A stretch of 64,000 bases of DNA from Chthoniobacterales bacterium (GTDB lineage Bacteria > Verrucomicrobiota > Verrucomicrobiia > Chthoniobacterales > JACTMZ01), in contig JAGYIO010000003.1 of the NCBI GenBank assembly GCA_018402585.1, positions 140,386 through 204,385 on the forward strand, read 5' to 3'. The notes under the pieces were generated by a model. It did not search any database. It was not told the origin of the DNA and saw nothing but the letters and a program-made list of their open reading frames with translations. Position numbers and translations under genes: made by a program. The stretch's first letter is position 1, and every line of letters starts with the position of its first letter. Of the stretch, positions 17,144 to 26,839 are shown piece after piece.

Positions 17144-17928
17144 ATGAAGCAGTCCGATACAACTCCTGCCGCGCGACTGCGCCGCACCGCAGTGGTGCGC
17201 ACCGACTACCAGAATTTCGAAATCTGGAAGTCGGCCCTCGCCACCGAGTTCCGGGTGTCCGGCGCCACGCATGCCTTTCATCACCGGCACCGCTTCCTCA
17301 CCGGATTGGCCTGGGATATGTTGGCCGCCGCCGCGCTCCTCGGAAAAAAGGAGGAACCACGTTCCTTGCTCATGCTCGGGCTGGCCGGTGGAACCACCTT
17401 GCGCCTTCTGCGCCACCTGCTACCCGCCTGCCGCTTCACCGCGCTCGACATTGATGCGCAGATGGTCCGTCTGGCCCGCCGGCACATGGCACTCGACGCG
17501 ACCGGGGTCGAAGTCATCGTCGGCGACGCTTATGCTTGGTTGCGCGCGAATCGCCGCACCTTTGACGTGGTCATCGACGACATCTATCTGGCCGGACAGA
17601 CCGACGTCTTTCGGGCAAAGACCATGAACCGGCCGCTCTTGGCCAACCTGCGGCGAGCCATAGCCCCGGGAGGGGCGTGCTCGCGGTGAATCTCGTCACC
17701 GGCCCGGGCCACCGCACCATGCAATCGGCAACTCGCCGCATTCTACTCGCGTCCTTCGCCGAAGTGCGGACGGTCAAGTCGCCCGCGGCCATGAACGAGG
17801 TCCTCGTTGCCGGACAAATCGCGGCCCCGGCTTCCCGCTTGCGGCGCTGCAGGACGCTCTTTGCCGAGGCCGCCGACCGTGCCCACTGGGGTAAAATCAT
17901 GGTGCGCCGCCTCCCCTCGGCGGCCTAA
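17144..17928 (+). pseudogene. Spermidine-synthase-like SAM-dependent methyltransferase split by a +1 frameshift near 17670-17680
   Basis: ORF 17144..17689 (LMLGLAGGTTLRLL...ALDIDAQMVRLARRHM...FDVVIDDIY...LRRAIAPGG) ends ACSR*. ORF 17677..17928, in another frame, continues VLAVNLVTGPG...FAEVRTV...NEVLVAG. Removing one base from ggaggggcgtgctc restores the family-typical PGGVLAVNL. Confidence 0.65.
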
Positions 17929-18109
17929 CTTTGAAGGCTCGAGTCAACAGACTGGGAACCGTCGGGCAGACCCCTCCTGGTTGGCCCGAGGAGCTCACGC
18001 AGCCTCATCACCGTGCGGGGACCTCCCTCTGACCAACGCCGGCCAGCGAAGGCCCGAGATCCGCTCACACCACACTCCCGCACGCCTCCCGCACGCGCTG
18101 AATTCGAGA

Positions 18110-19951
18110 TTACCGCAGGACCACACCGGTGAGCGGCGGCAAGGTGAGCAAGCGGGCACTGCCCTCATCTGCACGCAAAACCGCCCCCATCTCACTACTC
18201 GTGGAAAAAAGAATCTCCCCCTCGCCCTCCGTAAGCTGGACGGTCTGCTCCCGATTCGAACGGTTCAGAGCCACCAGGCGCAGGGCATCACCTGCCCCAC
18301 GGCTGTAGACAAAGACGTTCTTCTCATCCTCGGCCGCCAAAACGGAGAATTCCGGCGTCTTGAAGGCTGCATGATCCGCATGCAGCGCTATGGCCTTGCG
18401 GTAGAAACCATGCACTTCTTGGTCGAAGTTCGGATCGTCTTCCTCGCGTGCGCGTCCGATGGGATCGGTTTTCTCGATTTCCATTTGCAGATCAGGCCAT
18501 GGCATCGGCTTGCGGCAGTCCGGGTCATCCCCACCCCAAATGCCTGCTTCGACGCCATAGTAAAACATCGGCGCGCCGACGTAGGTGAGCTGGAACAGCG
18601 TGATCAAGCGCTGGATGGCACGCTCGTCCTCGGCAGGTGCGCGAACCTGGTACCCGGAATTGCTCCGCGCTGAATTACCCGGTTCGTCATAGTCGAACTT
18701 TTCCACGTTTTTGTATTCGCCGGCAGAGTTGCGGTTGATGATCATTTGCGACAGACGGTCGGTGTCATGCGAATCGGTCAAATTCCACAGCGCCAGCTGC
18801 ACATCATCCGAAAATTGAACACGGCGCTCGTTGAGGAGTGCTCCGAAAGCGGATGGCTTGATGCTGTTGTCGATGAGGAAAGCTTTTACCGGCATGGCAA
18901 AGGCATAGTAGTTCATGGCCGCGGAAAATCCGGTCCGCTTGAGGTAGTCCGCCGCATTGGTCCAGACCTCGGGGATGGTGATGGCCTGGGGGTTGATTTG
19001 GAAAACCAGCGCATTCCACTCGCGCCAGAATTTGTCCGGCACCTCTTCCGACACATCGAGCCGCCAGCCGTCGATGCCGTCGCCCGGATCGCCATCACCA
19101 TCCGGGTCCATCCAACGCTTGGTTGCGTTGAAAATGTACTGCTTCGGCCCGGCATGGAGATCGCTGCCGTCCGCATTATTGCGGAATTCGGGCAAGGTGA
19201 AAAATCCGGCCCAACCCGTGACGCGCAATTCATTGCGGCGCGTCTCCGGATCGTCGAAAGATTGGATCGTGAACCAGTCGGCGTAGCGCGACTTCGCGCC
19301 GTTGATCCGGATATCGCGAAACGCAAAAAAGTCGCGCCCCGTATGGTTGAAAACCCCATCGATCACCACCTTGATCCCGCGGTCGTGCGCTTTTCTGATC
19401 AGCTCGAGGAACAGCTTGTCCGCAGCCGTCCACTTCCAAGTCGCCGGATCATCCGTTTCCCCGCCGTGGCGGATGATCTCCAAGTCACCTTCCGGGTCGG
19501 GGCCAAAATTCGGATCAATATGGTGGAACGAGTTACCATCGTATTTGTGCTGCGAACGCCCGTAAAAAACCGGATTGAGCTTGATCGCCGTGACCCCCAG
19601 ATTTTGCAGATAGTCGAGCTTGTCGATCACACCCTGCAGGTCACCGCCGTAACGCCGGTGGAAGACGCCGTTCTCGTAAAAGCTGTCCCCGATCGCCTTT
19701 TCCCACTCGTCACGGACGAAGTAATCGGCTGTCCACGGGGTGACCCGCCATCCACCCACATTCGGGAAATGCATTTCCAGAGTCTCGCGCGTGGGGTCGT
19801 TGGAGGGATCACCATTGCGGAAACGCTCGGGGAAGATTTGATACCATACAGCCGACTTGCCCCAATCGGGGACATTATTCAGCGAGGGCTTTGCCTCCTC
19901 CACCCGGGCCAGAAGAACAAAAATAAGCAAAGGTAAAAAAGGTATTTTCAT
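18110..19951 (-). CDS. Glycoside hydrolase family 13 alpha-amylase-type enzyme (neopullulanase/cyclomaltodextrinase-like), secreted
   Basis: Motifs present: VWYQIFPERFRNGD, GVTAIKLNPVF, VVIDGVFNHTG, GIDGWRLDVSEEV and LTDSHDTDR. The start is moved to ATG 19951 (MKIPFLPLLIFVLLA signal peptide) from the upstream track start at 20011. Confidence 0.88.
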   Translation of the reverse strand: MKIPFLPLLIFVLLARVEEAKPSLNNVPDWGKSAVWYQIFPERFRNGDPSNDPTRETLEMHFPNVGGWRVTPWTADYFVRDEWEKAIGDSFYENGVFHRRYGGDLQGVIDKLDYLQNLGVTAIKLNPVFYGRSQHKYDGNSFHHIDPNFGPDPEGDLEIIRHGGETDDPATWKWTAADKLFLELIRKAHDRGIKVVIDGVFNHTGRDFFAFRDIRINGAKSRYADWFTIQSFDDPETRRNELRVTGWAGFFTLPEFRNNADGSDLHAGPKQYIFNATKRWMDPDGDGDPGDGIDGWRLDVSEEVPDKFWREWNALVFQINPQAITIPEVWTNAADYLKRTGFSAAMNYYAFAMPVKAFLIDNSIKPSAFGALLNERRVQFSDDVQLALWNLTDSHDTDRLSQMIINRNSAGEYKNVEKFDYDEPGNSARSNSGYQVRAPAEDERAIQRLITLFQLTYVGAPMFYYGVEAGIWGGDDPDCRKPMPWPDLQMEIEKTDPIGRAREEDDPNFDQEVHGFYRKAIALHADHAAFKTPEFSVLAAEDEKNVFVYSRGAGDALRLVALNRSNREQTVQLTEGEGEILFSTSSEMGAVLRADEGSARLLTLPPLTGVVLR

Positions 19952-20056
19952 CAAGAAAACGCTCAGGAGATGCCAAGCAGTCCCTGTCTCCCCGTCCGAG
20001 TCAAGGCACAAACCATTGCGACCCCTGCCAGCCTACCCTAAGATGGGGGATATCCG

Positions 20057-21109
20057 ATGACTGCTCTTGCCTTCGCCGTGGCCTTCACGCTCGGTGTGTC
20101 GTTTTTCTGTTCTCTTCTTGAGGCCATGTTCCTCAGCACGACGACGGCCGAAGTCGAGGCCCTGAAAGAACGTAACCCGCGCCGTGGAAAACTCTTCGAG
20201 GATTCGAGGAATCACATGGAGGAAACCATTTCCTCCATTCTCACCCTCAACACCATCGCGAACACGCTTGGCGCGGTCGTGGTCGGGGGCATCGCCACCC
20301 GCCTCTTCGGCGATGCCTCGCTCGGCCTGATCTCCGCTTTGATGACCCTCGGTATTTTGGTCATCTCGGAGGTCATTCCCAAAAACCTTGGTGTGGTCTA
20401 CCGGACCACTCTGCAAAAACACGCCGCCTTCCCGCTCTACTGGATGCGCCGTACCCTCCGGCCCCTCACCCACCTGTGCAATCTCATCGTCCGCGCCATC
20501 ATCCGGCGGAGACCAGACAAAGGTGCCTCCGACCGCGAAATCGTGCTCCTGGCCGAAAAAGGCGCCCGCGAAGGCACCCTGACCGGTGGCGAGCGTGACC
20601 TCATCCACAACGCGCTAAGCCTCTCGAGCACACGCGTCGTTGACATCCTTACTCCCCGCAATGTGGTCGTTACCCTGGAGGATGACCAGACCGCCTCCGA
20701 CGTCCTCGCCGAGCACCCCTCCATTCGCTTCAGCCGGATGCCCGTCCATTCGGGCACTCTCGACGAAATCACCGGCCTGGCCCGGCGCCGCGACATCCTC
20801 CACAGCATCGCGACCGGGCACGGTGAGCGCAAAATCAAAGACCTCCAACAACCCGTCTCCTTTGTCCCCGAGATGGCCACCGCGGCCAGTGCCCTGCAGA
20901 CCCTCCTCGCCGCCAACCAGCAAATGGCCACCGTGGTCGACGAATACGGCGGCTTCGTCGGCGTTGTCTCGATTGAGGACATCATCGAGCACTTGATCGG
21001 ACGCGAGATTTACGAGAAAGACGATGTGGCTGTCGACATGCGCGCCTTGGCCCGACGCCGCGGACGCCAGCGACACCGCACCCCTGACTTCCCCGCCACC
21101 AAGCCATGA
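20057..21109 (+). CDS. CNNM/DUF21 transmembrane plus CBS-pair protein (HlyC/CorC family)
   Basis: The N-terminal TM region has LTLNTIANTLGAVVVG. It is followed by EKGAREGTLTGGERDLIHNALSLSSTRVVDILTPR and a CBS pair. Confidence 0.8.
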   Translation: MTALAFAVAFTLGVSFFCSLLEAMFLSTTTAEVEALKERNPRRGKLFEDSRNHMEETISSILTLNTIANTLGAVVVGGIATRLFGDASLGLISALMTLGILVISEVIPKNLGVVYRTTLQKHAAFPLYWMRRTLRPLTHLCNLIVRAIIRRRPDKGASDREIVLLAEKGAREGTLTGGERDLIHNALSLSSTRVVDILTPRNVVVTLEDDQTASDVLAEHPSIRFSRMPVHSGTLDEITGLARRRDILHSIATGHGERKIKDLQQPVSFVPEMATAASALQTLLAANQQMATVVDEYGGFVGVVSIEDIIEHLIGREIYEKDDVAVDMRALARRRGRQRHRTPDFPATKP

Positions 21110-21849
21110 AACACACCCGCCTTCTGCCTCTTCTTCTCGCCGCCGCGGCTCCACTCCAGGCGCAAATGCTGCCTCGTCCTGCCACCTCCGAGCCACCCCT
21201 CCTCACCGTGCAAGGCCGCGGCGAGGTCCGTGTCGCGAACACCATCGCCGTCCTCCAACTCGGCTTCGAAGCCGCCGGGCCCGAGGAAGCTCCGGTCCGC
21301 GAGGAAGTCACCCGCCGTTCCCAAGCCGTCCTCACCGCCCTGCAATCGGAGGAAAAAGTCCAACGCCTCGAGACCACCGCGGTCAACATCCGCCCGCAAT
21401 TCACCCAGTCCCAGCCCGAGGCCGGCAAACGCCCGCAACCGCCCAAAATCACCGGCTACATCGGACAAGTCGCGGTCAGCTTCGAGTCTCCGGTCGAGGA
21501 AGCCGGTCGCCTCATTTCGTCCACGATGGAGGCCGGCGCCAACTCCGTCTCGAACATGTTCACCCGCCCGACCGACGCGGCCAGCCGCAGCGCGGAGAAT
21601 GAAGCTCTGACCCTCGCCGCCCAAGATGGCGAAGCTCAAGCCCGCGCCTTGCTCGAAGCGCTCAAGCTCAAATGGAGCGGGGTCCGCACCGTCGACGCAA
21701 CCGGTGGACGCTTCGACCCGCGCCCCATGCCGCGAGCCGCCATGATGATGAGCGCCGACGCGGCCCCTTTGCCCGAGCTTGATATCCAAGGGGGAGAAAC
21801 TGTCATCGCCCGCGAAGTCACTCTCCAAGTCGAGTTCGCCCCGCAGTAG
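21106..21849 (+). CDS. SIMPL (DUF541) domain periplasmic protein
   Basis: It has a signal peptide, and LLTVQGRGEVRVANTIAVLQLGF opens the domain in the SIMPL pattern. ATGA overlap with the upstream gene. Confidence 0.7.
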   Translation: MKHTRLLPLLLAAAAPLQAQMLPRPATSEPPLLTVQGRGEVRVANTIAVLQLGFEAAGPEEAPVREEVTRRSQAVLTALQSEEKVQRLETTAVNIRPQFTQSQPEAGKRPQPPKITGYIGQVAVSFESPVEEAGRLISSTMEAGANSVSNMFTRPTDAASRSAENEALTLAAQDGEAQARALLEALKLKWSGVRTVDATGGRFDPRPMPRAAMMMSADAAPLPELDIQGGETVIAREVTLQVEFAPQ

Positions 21850-22041
21850 CGGCCCGCAACCCCGATGACGCGCGCTGTCCCCATCGCGGCGTAGTCCTAT
21901 CACGACGGCGCAGCCTCGCTCTCCGCCGAAAACACGCCCCTGTAGCGGTGCCGTCCCCGGCTCGGGCCGTTCCCTCCGGCCGGGTCGGTCGCCGGGCGAC
22001 CGGCCACACCACTCTCCACTCAGTCCTCAAGTTTCTCACCC

Positions 22042-23526
22042 TCATCCAAATACCCACGCCGCCACCGTGAGCACCGCCACCGGAATCAAGACCGCAAAAA
22101 GCAGATTCACCAAAATCCCCACCCGCGCCATCCGCGGCACGGGCACTAAGCCGCTGGCGTAAACAATCGCATTCGGCGGCGTCGCCACCGGCAGCATGAA
22201 TGCGCAACTCGCCGCCATGACCGCCGGGAGCACGAGCAACAACGGAACCTGACCCATCCCGACCGCCACCGCCGCCACCACCGGTAAAAACGTGGCGGTC
22301 GTCGCCGTGTTGCTCGTCAACTCGGTCAAAAACAAAATCCCCACCGTCACGAGCACCACCACCAGCACGATCGGCAAGCCCTGCCACGCGGCAGTCAATG
22401 TCCCCAACCACGCCGCCAGCCCCGTCTGGTCCACCATCTCCGCCATACTCAATCCGCCCCCGAGCAAAATAAGCACCCCATAAGGCAGGTCACGTAAATC
22501 CCGCCCCGACAAAACAAACTCCCCGCGCCGCCAGTTCACCGGAATCAAAAACAGCGCGACTGCCGCCGTCATGGCAATCCCCGCGTCGGACACCCCCGGC
22601 AGCCACGGCTTGAGCCAAGGCTGCACCATCCACAGCACCGCAGTGGAGCAAAACACCACCGCCACCAAGATCTCCCCGCGCGACCAACTACCCAGCTTCG
22701 CCAGCTCCCCCAGCACCTCCTCACGCAAGCCGGCTAACTCCATCTTCCGATCCGTCAAACAAACACGCGCCAAAATGGCGTGGGTCAGAAAAATGCCCAC
22801 CACCACCAACGGAACCCCGACCAGCATCCACTGACCGAACCCGATCTGCAGCCCGTAAGTCTCCCGCAGAAATCCCGCCATGAACGCATTCGGCGCCGTC
22901 CCGATCAAAGTCCCGACGCCCCCGATACTCGCCGCATAAGCCACCCCGAGCATCAACGCCAACCCCACCCCCTCCTGCCCCTTTTCATCGCCGCCCATCC
23001 GCGCGCGAAAGAGCGCCGCCACCGAAATCGCCATGGGCAACATCATCACCGTCGTCGCGCTGTTGTTGATCCACATACTTACAAATGCCGTCGCCACCAT
23101 AAACCCCGCCAGAACACGACTGGCCCGCGACCCGGTCCGCCCGACAATCCAAAACGCCACCCGCTCATGCAGTCGCCACCGCTGCAAACCCAGCGCGAGC
23201 ACGAAGCCGCCGAGAAAAAGATAAATCACCGGATTGGCAAAGGGCGCCGCCGCATCCTTGAACGGCGCCACATCAAGCAGCGGAAACAAAACGAGCGGCA
23301 GCAACGCCGTGACCGGAATCGGAATCGCCTCCGTCATCCAAAGAACCGCCATCATCCCGACCACCCCCGCCGTCCGCCATCCGGCCACACTCAACCCTTC
23401 CGGCGGTTCAGTCAGCAGAACAAAAGCCAGCAACACCGGCGCCGCCATCAACCCCACTCTCCCCGCCACACTGATGCCATGTTCCTGCACCCCCACACCC
23501 TGCCAAATCAGGAACCCCAAGTCCAT
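22042..23526 (-). CDS. DASS/SLC13 family anion:sodium symporter
   Basis: It is polytopic and has the duplicated hairpin motifs NNSATTVMMLPM and SNTATTATFLPV. Confidence 0.85.
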   Translation of the reverse strand: MDLGFLIWQGVGVQEHGISVAGRVGLMAAPVLLAFVLLTEPPEGLSVAGWRTAGVVGMMAVLWMTEAIPIPVTALLPLVLFPLLDVAPFKDAAAPFANPVIYLFLGGFVLALGLQRWRLHERVAFWIVGRTGSRASRVLAGFMVATAFVSMWINNSATTVMMLPMAISVAALFRARMGGDEKGQEGVGLALMLGVAYAASIGGVGTLIGTAPNAFMAGFLRETYGLQIGFGQWMLVGVPLVVVGIFLTHAILARVCLTDRKMELAGLREEVLGELAKLGSWSRGEILVAVVFCSTAVLWMVQPWLKPWLPGVSDAGIAMTAAVALFLIPVNWRRGEFVLSGRDLRDLPYGVLILLGGGLSMAEMVDQTGLAAWLGTLTAAWQGLPIVLVVVLVTVGILFLTELTSNTATTATFLPVVAAVAVGMGQVPLLLVLPAVMAASCAFMLPVATPPNAIVYASGLVPVPRMARVGILVNLLFAVLIPVAVLTVAAWVFG

Positions 23527-23676
23527 GCGGTGCCGAGGGCCTTGTGCTCGCGGACCGCACCAGGCCGCTGCCTGTCGTGGCGTTGCCGCCCCGACGAAGG
23601 CCGTTAATCCCCGGTCACCCCCTCACTCAGCTTTCCGGTTTCCGCTTTTCGCCTTCCGGTCTTATAAGAACAACCG

Positions 23677-26148
23677 ATGTCCGCCCCCAAGCTCACTCCC
23701 ATGATGCGCCAATACCAGGACATCCGCCGCGAGCTTCCCCCCAACACCCTCCTCTTCTTCCGCCTCGGGGACTTTTACGAAATGTTTTTCGACGACGCCC
23801 GCGAAGCGTCTGCCCTCCTCAATGTCGCCCTGACCAAACGCGGCGACACCCCCATGTGCGGCGTCCCCTACCACAGCGCCCGCGCCTACGTGGCCAAACT
23901 GGTCGAAGCCGGCAAACGCGTCGCGATCTGCGACCAAGTCGGCGAAGTCACTCCCGGCCAACTCGTCCGTCGCCAAATCGCCCGCATCCTCAGTGCCGGC
24001 ACGCTCGACGACTTCGGCCTCGAGGAAAACCGCCACAACTACCTCGCCGCGGTCTGCCCGGAGAAAAAATCCTCCGGCCTCGCCTGGCTCGATCTCAGCA
24101 CCGGCGAATTCCGCCTCGCCGAAATCGAATCGCCCGCCCAACTCGCCGACCAACTCGCCCGCCTCCAACCAAGCGAACTCCTCATCCCCGACCACCTCGA
24201 GACCACCCCCGACCTCCCGCTGCCCCCCACCCCGCACGACGCCTTCGCCTTCGACCTGACCCAGGCCACCGACCTCCTCTGCGACCACTTCCGCGTGCAA
24301 TCCCTCGACGGCCTGGGCTGCACCGATCTCCCGCACGGCACCCGTGCCGCCGGCGCCCTCCTCCATTACATCACCCGCAGCCTCCGCCGCGACGCACAAC
24401 ACCTCGCGCCCCCGAAACCCTGGCACGCCACATCCTACCTCCTCCTCGACGCCGTCACCCAAACCAACCTCGAACTCGTCGAATCCCGCAGCCCCGAAGG
24501 CACCAGCCTTCGCGGCGCCATCGACCGCACCCTCACTCCGATGGGCGCCCGCCTGCTCCGCGAATGGATCCTCCACCCGCTCCGCGATCTCGCCGCCATC
24601 ACCCACCGCCAAGACCTCGTCGCCGCTTTCCATGATGACCCCACCCGCCTCGCCGCGATACGCGACATCCTCCGCGACATCCGCGACATGGAACGCGCCG
24701 TCTCCCGCCTCAGCCTCGCCTCCGGCAACGCCCGCGATCTCGTCGCGCTGAAAACCTCCCTTGCCCTCCTCCCGTCCCTCCGCGCCACCCTCGCCGAAAA
24801 CGACACCTCCCCGCTCCTCGCCCTCGCCGCCGACCTCCGCACCTTCGACCCGCTCGTCGTCCTCCTCGAATCCGCCGTGGTCGACGAACCCCCGCCGACC
24901 CTCCGCGACGGCGGCATGATCCGCGAGGGCTACAACCCCGACCTCGACGAACTCCGCCGCGCCGGCACCGAAGGACGCCGCTGGATCGCCGAACTGCAAG
25001 ACCGCGAAATCGCCCGCACCGGCATCAAGTCGCTCAAAATCCGCTACAACTCCGTCTTCGGCTACTACCTCGAAGTGACCAAATCCAATCTCGCCTCCGT
25101 CCCCCACGACTACACCCGCAAACAAACCACCGCCAACTCGGAGCGCTTCATCACCCAGGAGCTGAAAGAAATGGAAGGCCGCATCCTCGGCGGCGAAGAA
25201 CGCGCCCGCGCCCTCGAGTCGGAAATCTTCGGCCAACTCCGCACCGCCGTCCTCGCCGAATTGGCCTCGCTCCAACACACCGCCCGCGCCGTGGCCCAGA
25301 TCGACACCCTTGCCGGACTCGCCGAAACCGCCCGCACCTTCCGCTACATCCGCCCGAAACTCACCGCCACCGGCGCGATCAAAATCACCGACGGACGCCA
25401 CCCCGTCCTCGACCAAACCATGCCCGCCGGGCGCTTCGTGCCCAACGACACCGCGCTCGACACCGACGCCCCCCGCCTCGTCATCCTCACCGGCCCCAAC
25501 ATGGCCGGCAAAAGCACCTACATCCGCCAGGTCGCCCTCCTCGTCCTCCTCGCCCAGACCGGCAGTTTCATTCCCGCGGCCGAAGCCGAGATCGGACTGG
25601 TCGACCGCATCTTCACCCGCGTCGGCGCGAGCGACGACCTGGCGCGCGGACAATCCACCTTCATGGTCGAGATGAACGAAACCGCCGCCATCCTCAACAA
25701 CGCCACCGACCGCAGCCTCGTCATCCTCGACGAAATCGGCCGCGGCACCTCCACCTTCGACGGCCTCTCCATCGCCTGGAGCGTGGCCGAGCACCTCCAC
25801 GACGTCACCGCCTGCCGCACCCTTTTCGCCACGCATTACCACGAACTCACCGACCTGGCCCGCACCCGCCGCGGCGTGACCAACTGCAACATCGCGGTCC
25901 GCGAATGGAACGACGACATCATCTTCCTCCGCAAAATCATCCCCGGCCCCGCCGACCAAAGCTACGGCATCCAAGTTGCCCGCCTCGCCGGCCTGCCCGA
26001 ACCGATCCTCAAACGCGCCCGCGAAATCCTGACCAACCTGGAAAACTCCGAACTCACCGCCGAAGGCAAACCGGCGCTAGCCGAAAAACGCCCCCGCGCC
26101 CACAAACTCCGCGCCTTCACCGACCAACTCGACCTCTTCGAGTCCTAG
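23677..26148 (+). CDS. mutS: DNA mismatch repair protein MutS
   Basis: Motifs present: TPMMRQYQDIRRELPPNTLLFFRLGDFYEMFFDDA, GPNMAGKSTY Walker A, and DEIGRGTSTFDG. The stop TAG (26146-26148) lies inside the terminal CCTAG of the MITE-like element. Confidence 0.97.
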   Translation: MSAPKLTPMMRQYQDIRRELPPNTLLFFRLGDFYEMFFDDAREASALLNVALTKRGDTPMCGVPYHSARAYVAKLVEAGKRVAICDQVGEVTPGQLVRRQIARILSAGTLDDFGLEENRHNYLAAVCPEKKSSGLAWLDLSTGEFRLAEIESPAQLADQLARLQPSELLIPDHLETTPDLPLPPTPHDAFAFDLTQATDLLCDHFRVQSLDGLGCTDLPHGTRAAGALLHYITRSLRRDAQHLAPPKPWHATSYLLLDAVTQTNLELVESRSPEGTSLRGAIDRTLTPMGARLLREWILHPLRDLAAITHRQDLVAAFHDDPTRLAAIRDILRDIRDMERAVSRLSLASGNARDLVALKTSLALLPSLRATLAENDTSPLLALAADLRTFDPLVVLLESAVVDEPPPTLRDGGMIREGYNPDLDELRRAGTEGRRWIAELQDREIARTGIKSLKIRYNSVFGYYLEVTKSNLASVPHDYTRKQTTANSERFITQELKEMEGRILGGEERARALESEIFGQLRTAVLAELASLQHTARAVAQIDTLAGLAETARTFRYIRPKLTATGAIKITDGRHPVLDQTMPAGRFVPNDTALDTDAPRLVILTGPNMAGKSTYIRQVALLVLLAQTGSFIPAAEAEIGLVDRIFTRVGASDDLARGQSTFMVEMNETAAILNNATDRSLVILDEIGRGTSTFDGLSIAWSVAEHLHDVTACRTLFATHYHELTDLARTRRGVTNCNIAVREWNDDIIFLRKIIPGPADQSYGIQVARLAGLPEPILKRAREILTNLENSELTAEGKPALAEKRPRAHKLRAFTDQLDLFES

Positions 26149-26370
26149 CCGTAACAATGCAAAACAATCTGCCTTTTCCGGCGCTGCCACAGAGGCGCGC
26201 CTGGGCGAGAGTTGACTAACTGTTTGGCGAGCGAGTTGGTACGTAGCCAAGGGGCACGGGCGTCCCGCCCGTCACGATCAGACAGCACGGCCGGGGACGG
26301 CCGTGCCCCCTGGAAAAACCGAGCCAAGCCGCGCTTTTATTGCGTCTCCGACTGCATGGATACGGCTTAG
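26144..26370 (+). mobile_element. 227-bp MITE-like element, copy 2 (the most diverged copy)
   Basis: The TIRs are CCGTAACAATGCA (26149-26161) and TGCATGGATACGG (26353-26365). The flanks are CCTAG and CTTAG. The core GGGGCACGGGCGTCCCGCCCGTCACG...CCGTGCCCCC is conserved. Confidence 0.6.
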
Positions 26371-26384
26371 CGTCTTAAACATCT

Positions 26385-26448
26385 GTAGCGGCGCCGTCCC
26401 CGGCGCCGGCCGTTAACCTAAGCTTGTAGCGGCGGTCTACGACCGCCG
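26385..26448. repeat. Two tandem TGTAGCGGCG-type hairpins (REP-like)
   Basis: The first is tgtag-CGGCGCCG-tccc-CGGCGCCG at 26385-26408. The second is tgtag-CGGCGGTC-tac-GACCGCCG at 26426-26448. Related GTAGCG/GTAGGG-led hairpins lie at 21941, 29734 and 54608. Confidence 0.6.
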
Positions 26449-26452
26449 GAAC

Positions 26453-26836
26453 CTATCCCTCCAACCCAGAGCAAAACTCCCGAAAAGCCCTCTCCTCTTC
26501 CGCCGTCGCTACCCCCGCCACAATGTGCCCCGCGAGACTCCTCACAACCAGTTTCCGCGCCGCCGGCAAGTCCAACTGATTGATCACGTCACGGATGATC
26601 GCCGCAAAAGTGTTTCCATTGTAAAAACAGAAAGCAGCGCCGCGATGACAACGCCTGCACAATTCGACAGCTTCATTGAGCGTTGTCTCTTGAAGGTAAT
26701 GACTCTCCCAGAGCTGCCGCGTGACTTCGTGCCCGTCCGATGTCGGCTTATGCAGAGCACTCTTTGCCGAGCATAGCATCGCATTTTGCGCGGTCACAAA
26801 CTCCCAAGAGTAGTCGCGCAGCCACACCCGCTTCAT
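26453..26836 (-). CDS. Hypothetical protein (127 aa), second gene of a low-GC orphan pair
   Basis: It is the only long ORF here, and no family was recognised. Its start lies 3 nt after the stop of the 62-aa ORF. A hand count gives ~48% G+C for 26581-26700, against visibly GC-richer flanks. Confidence 0.55.
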   Translation of the reverse strand: MKRVWLRDYSWEFVTAQNAMLCSAKSALHKPTSDGHEVTRQLWESHYLQETTLNEAVELCRRCHRGAAFCFYNGNTFAAIIRDVINQLDLPAARKLVVRSLAGHIVAGVATAEEERAFREFCSGLEG

Positions 26837-26839
26837 GGC

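Noticed and set aside
15743-17416. 557-aa minus-strand ORF opposite the MFS sugar porter
   Set aside because: It is a shadow ORF. The plus strand encodes canonical sugar-porter motifs, while the minus translation is G/E/R/A-rich with no recognisable domain.
23544-25974. Long ORFs overlapping mutS (363-aa P/R-rich plus-strand ORF at 23544..24635, and 770-aa minus-strand ORF at 23662..25974)
   Set aside because: MutS is unambiguous in its own frame. The alternatives are proline/arginine or G/A/E/V-rich compositional artefacts.
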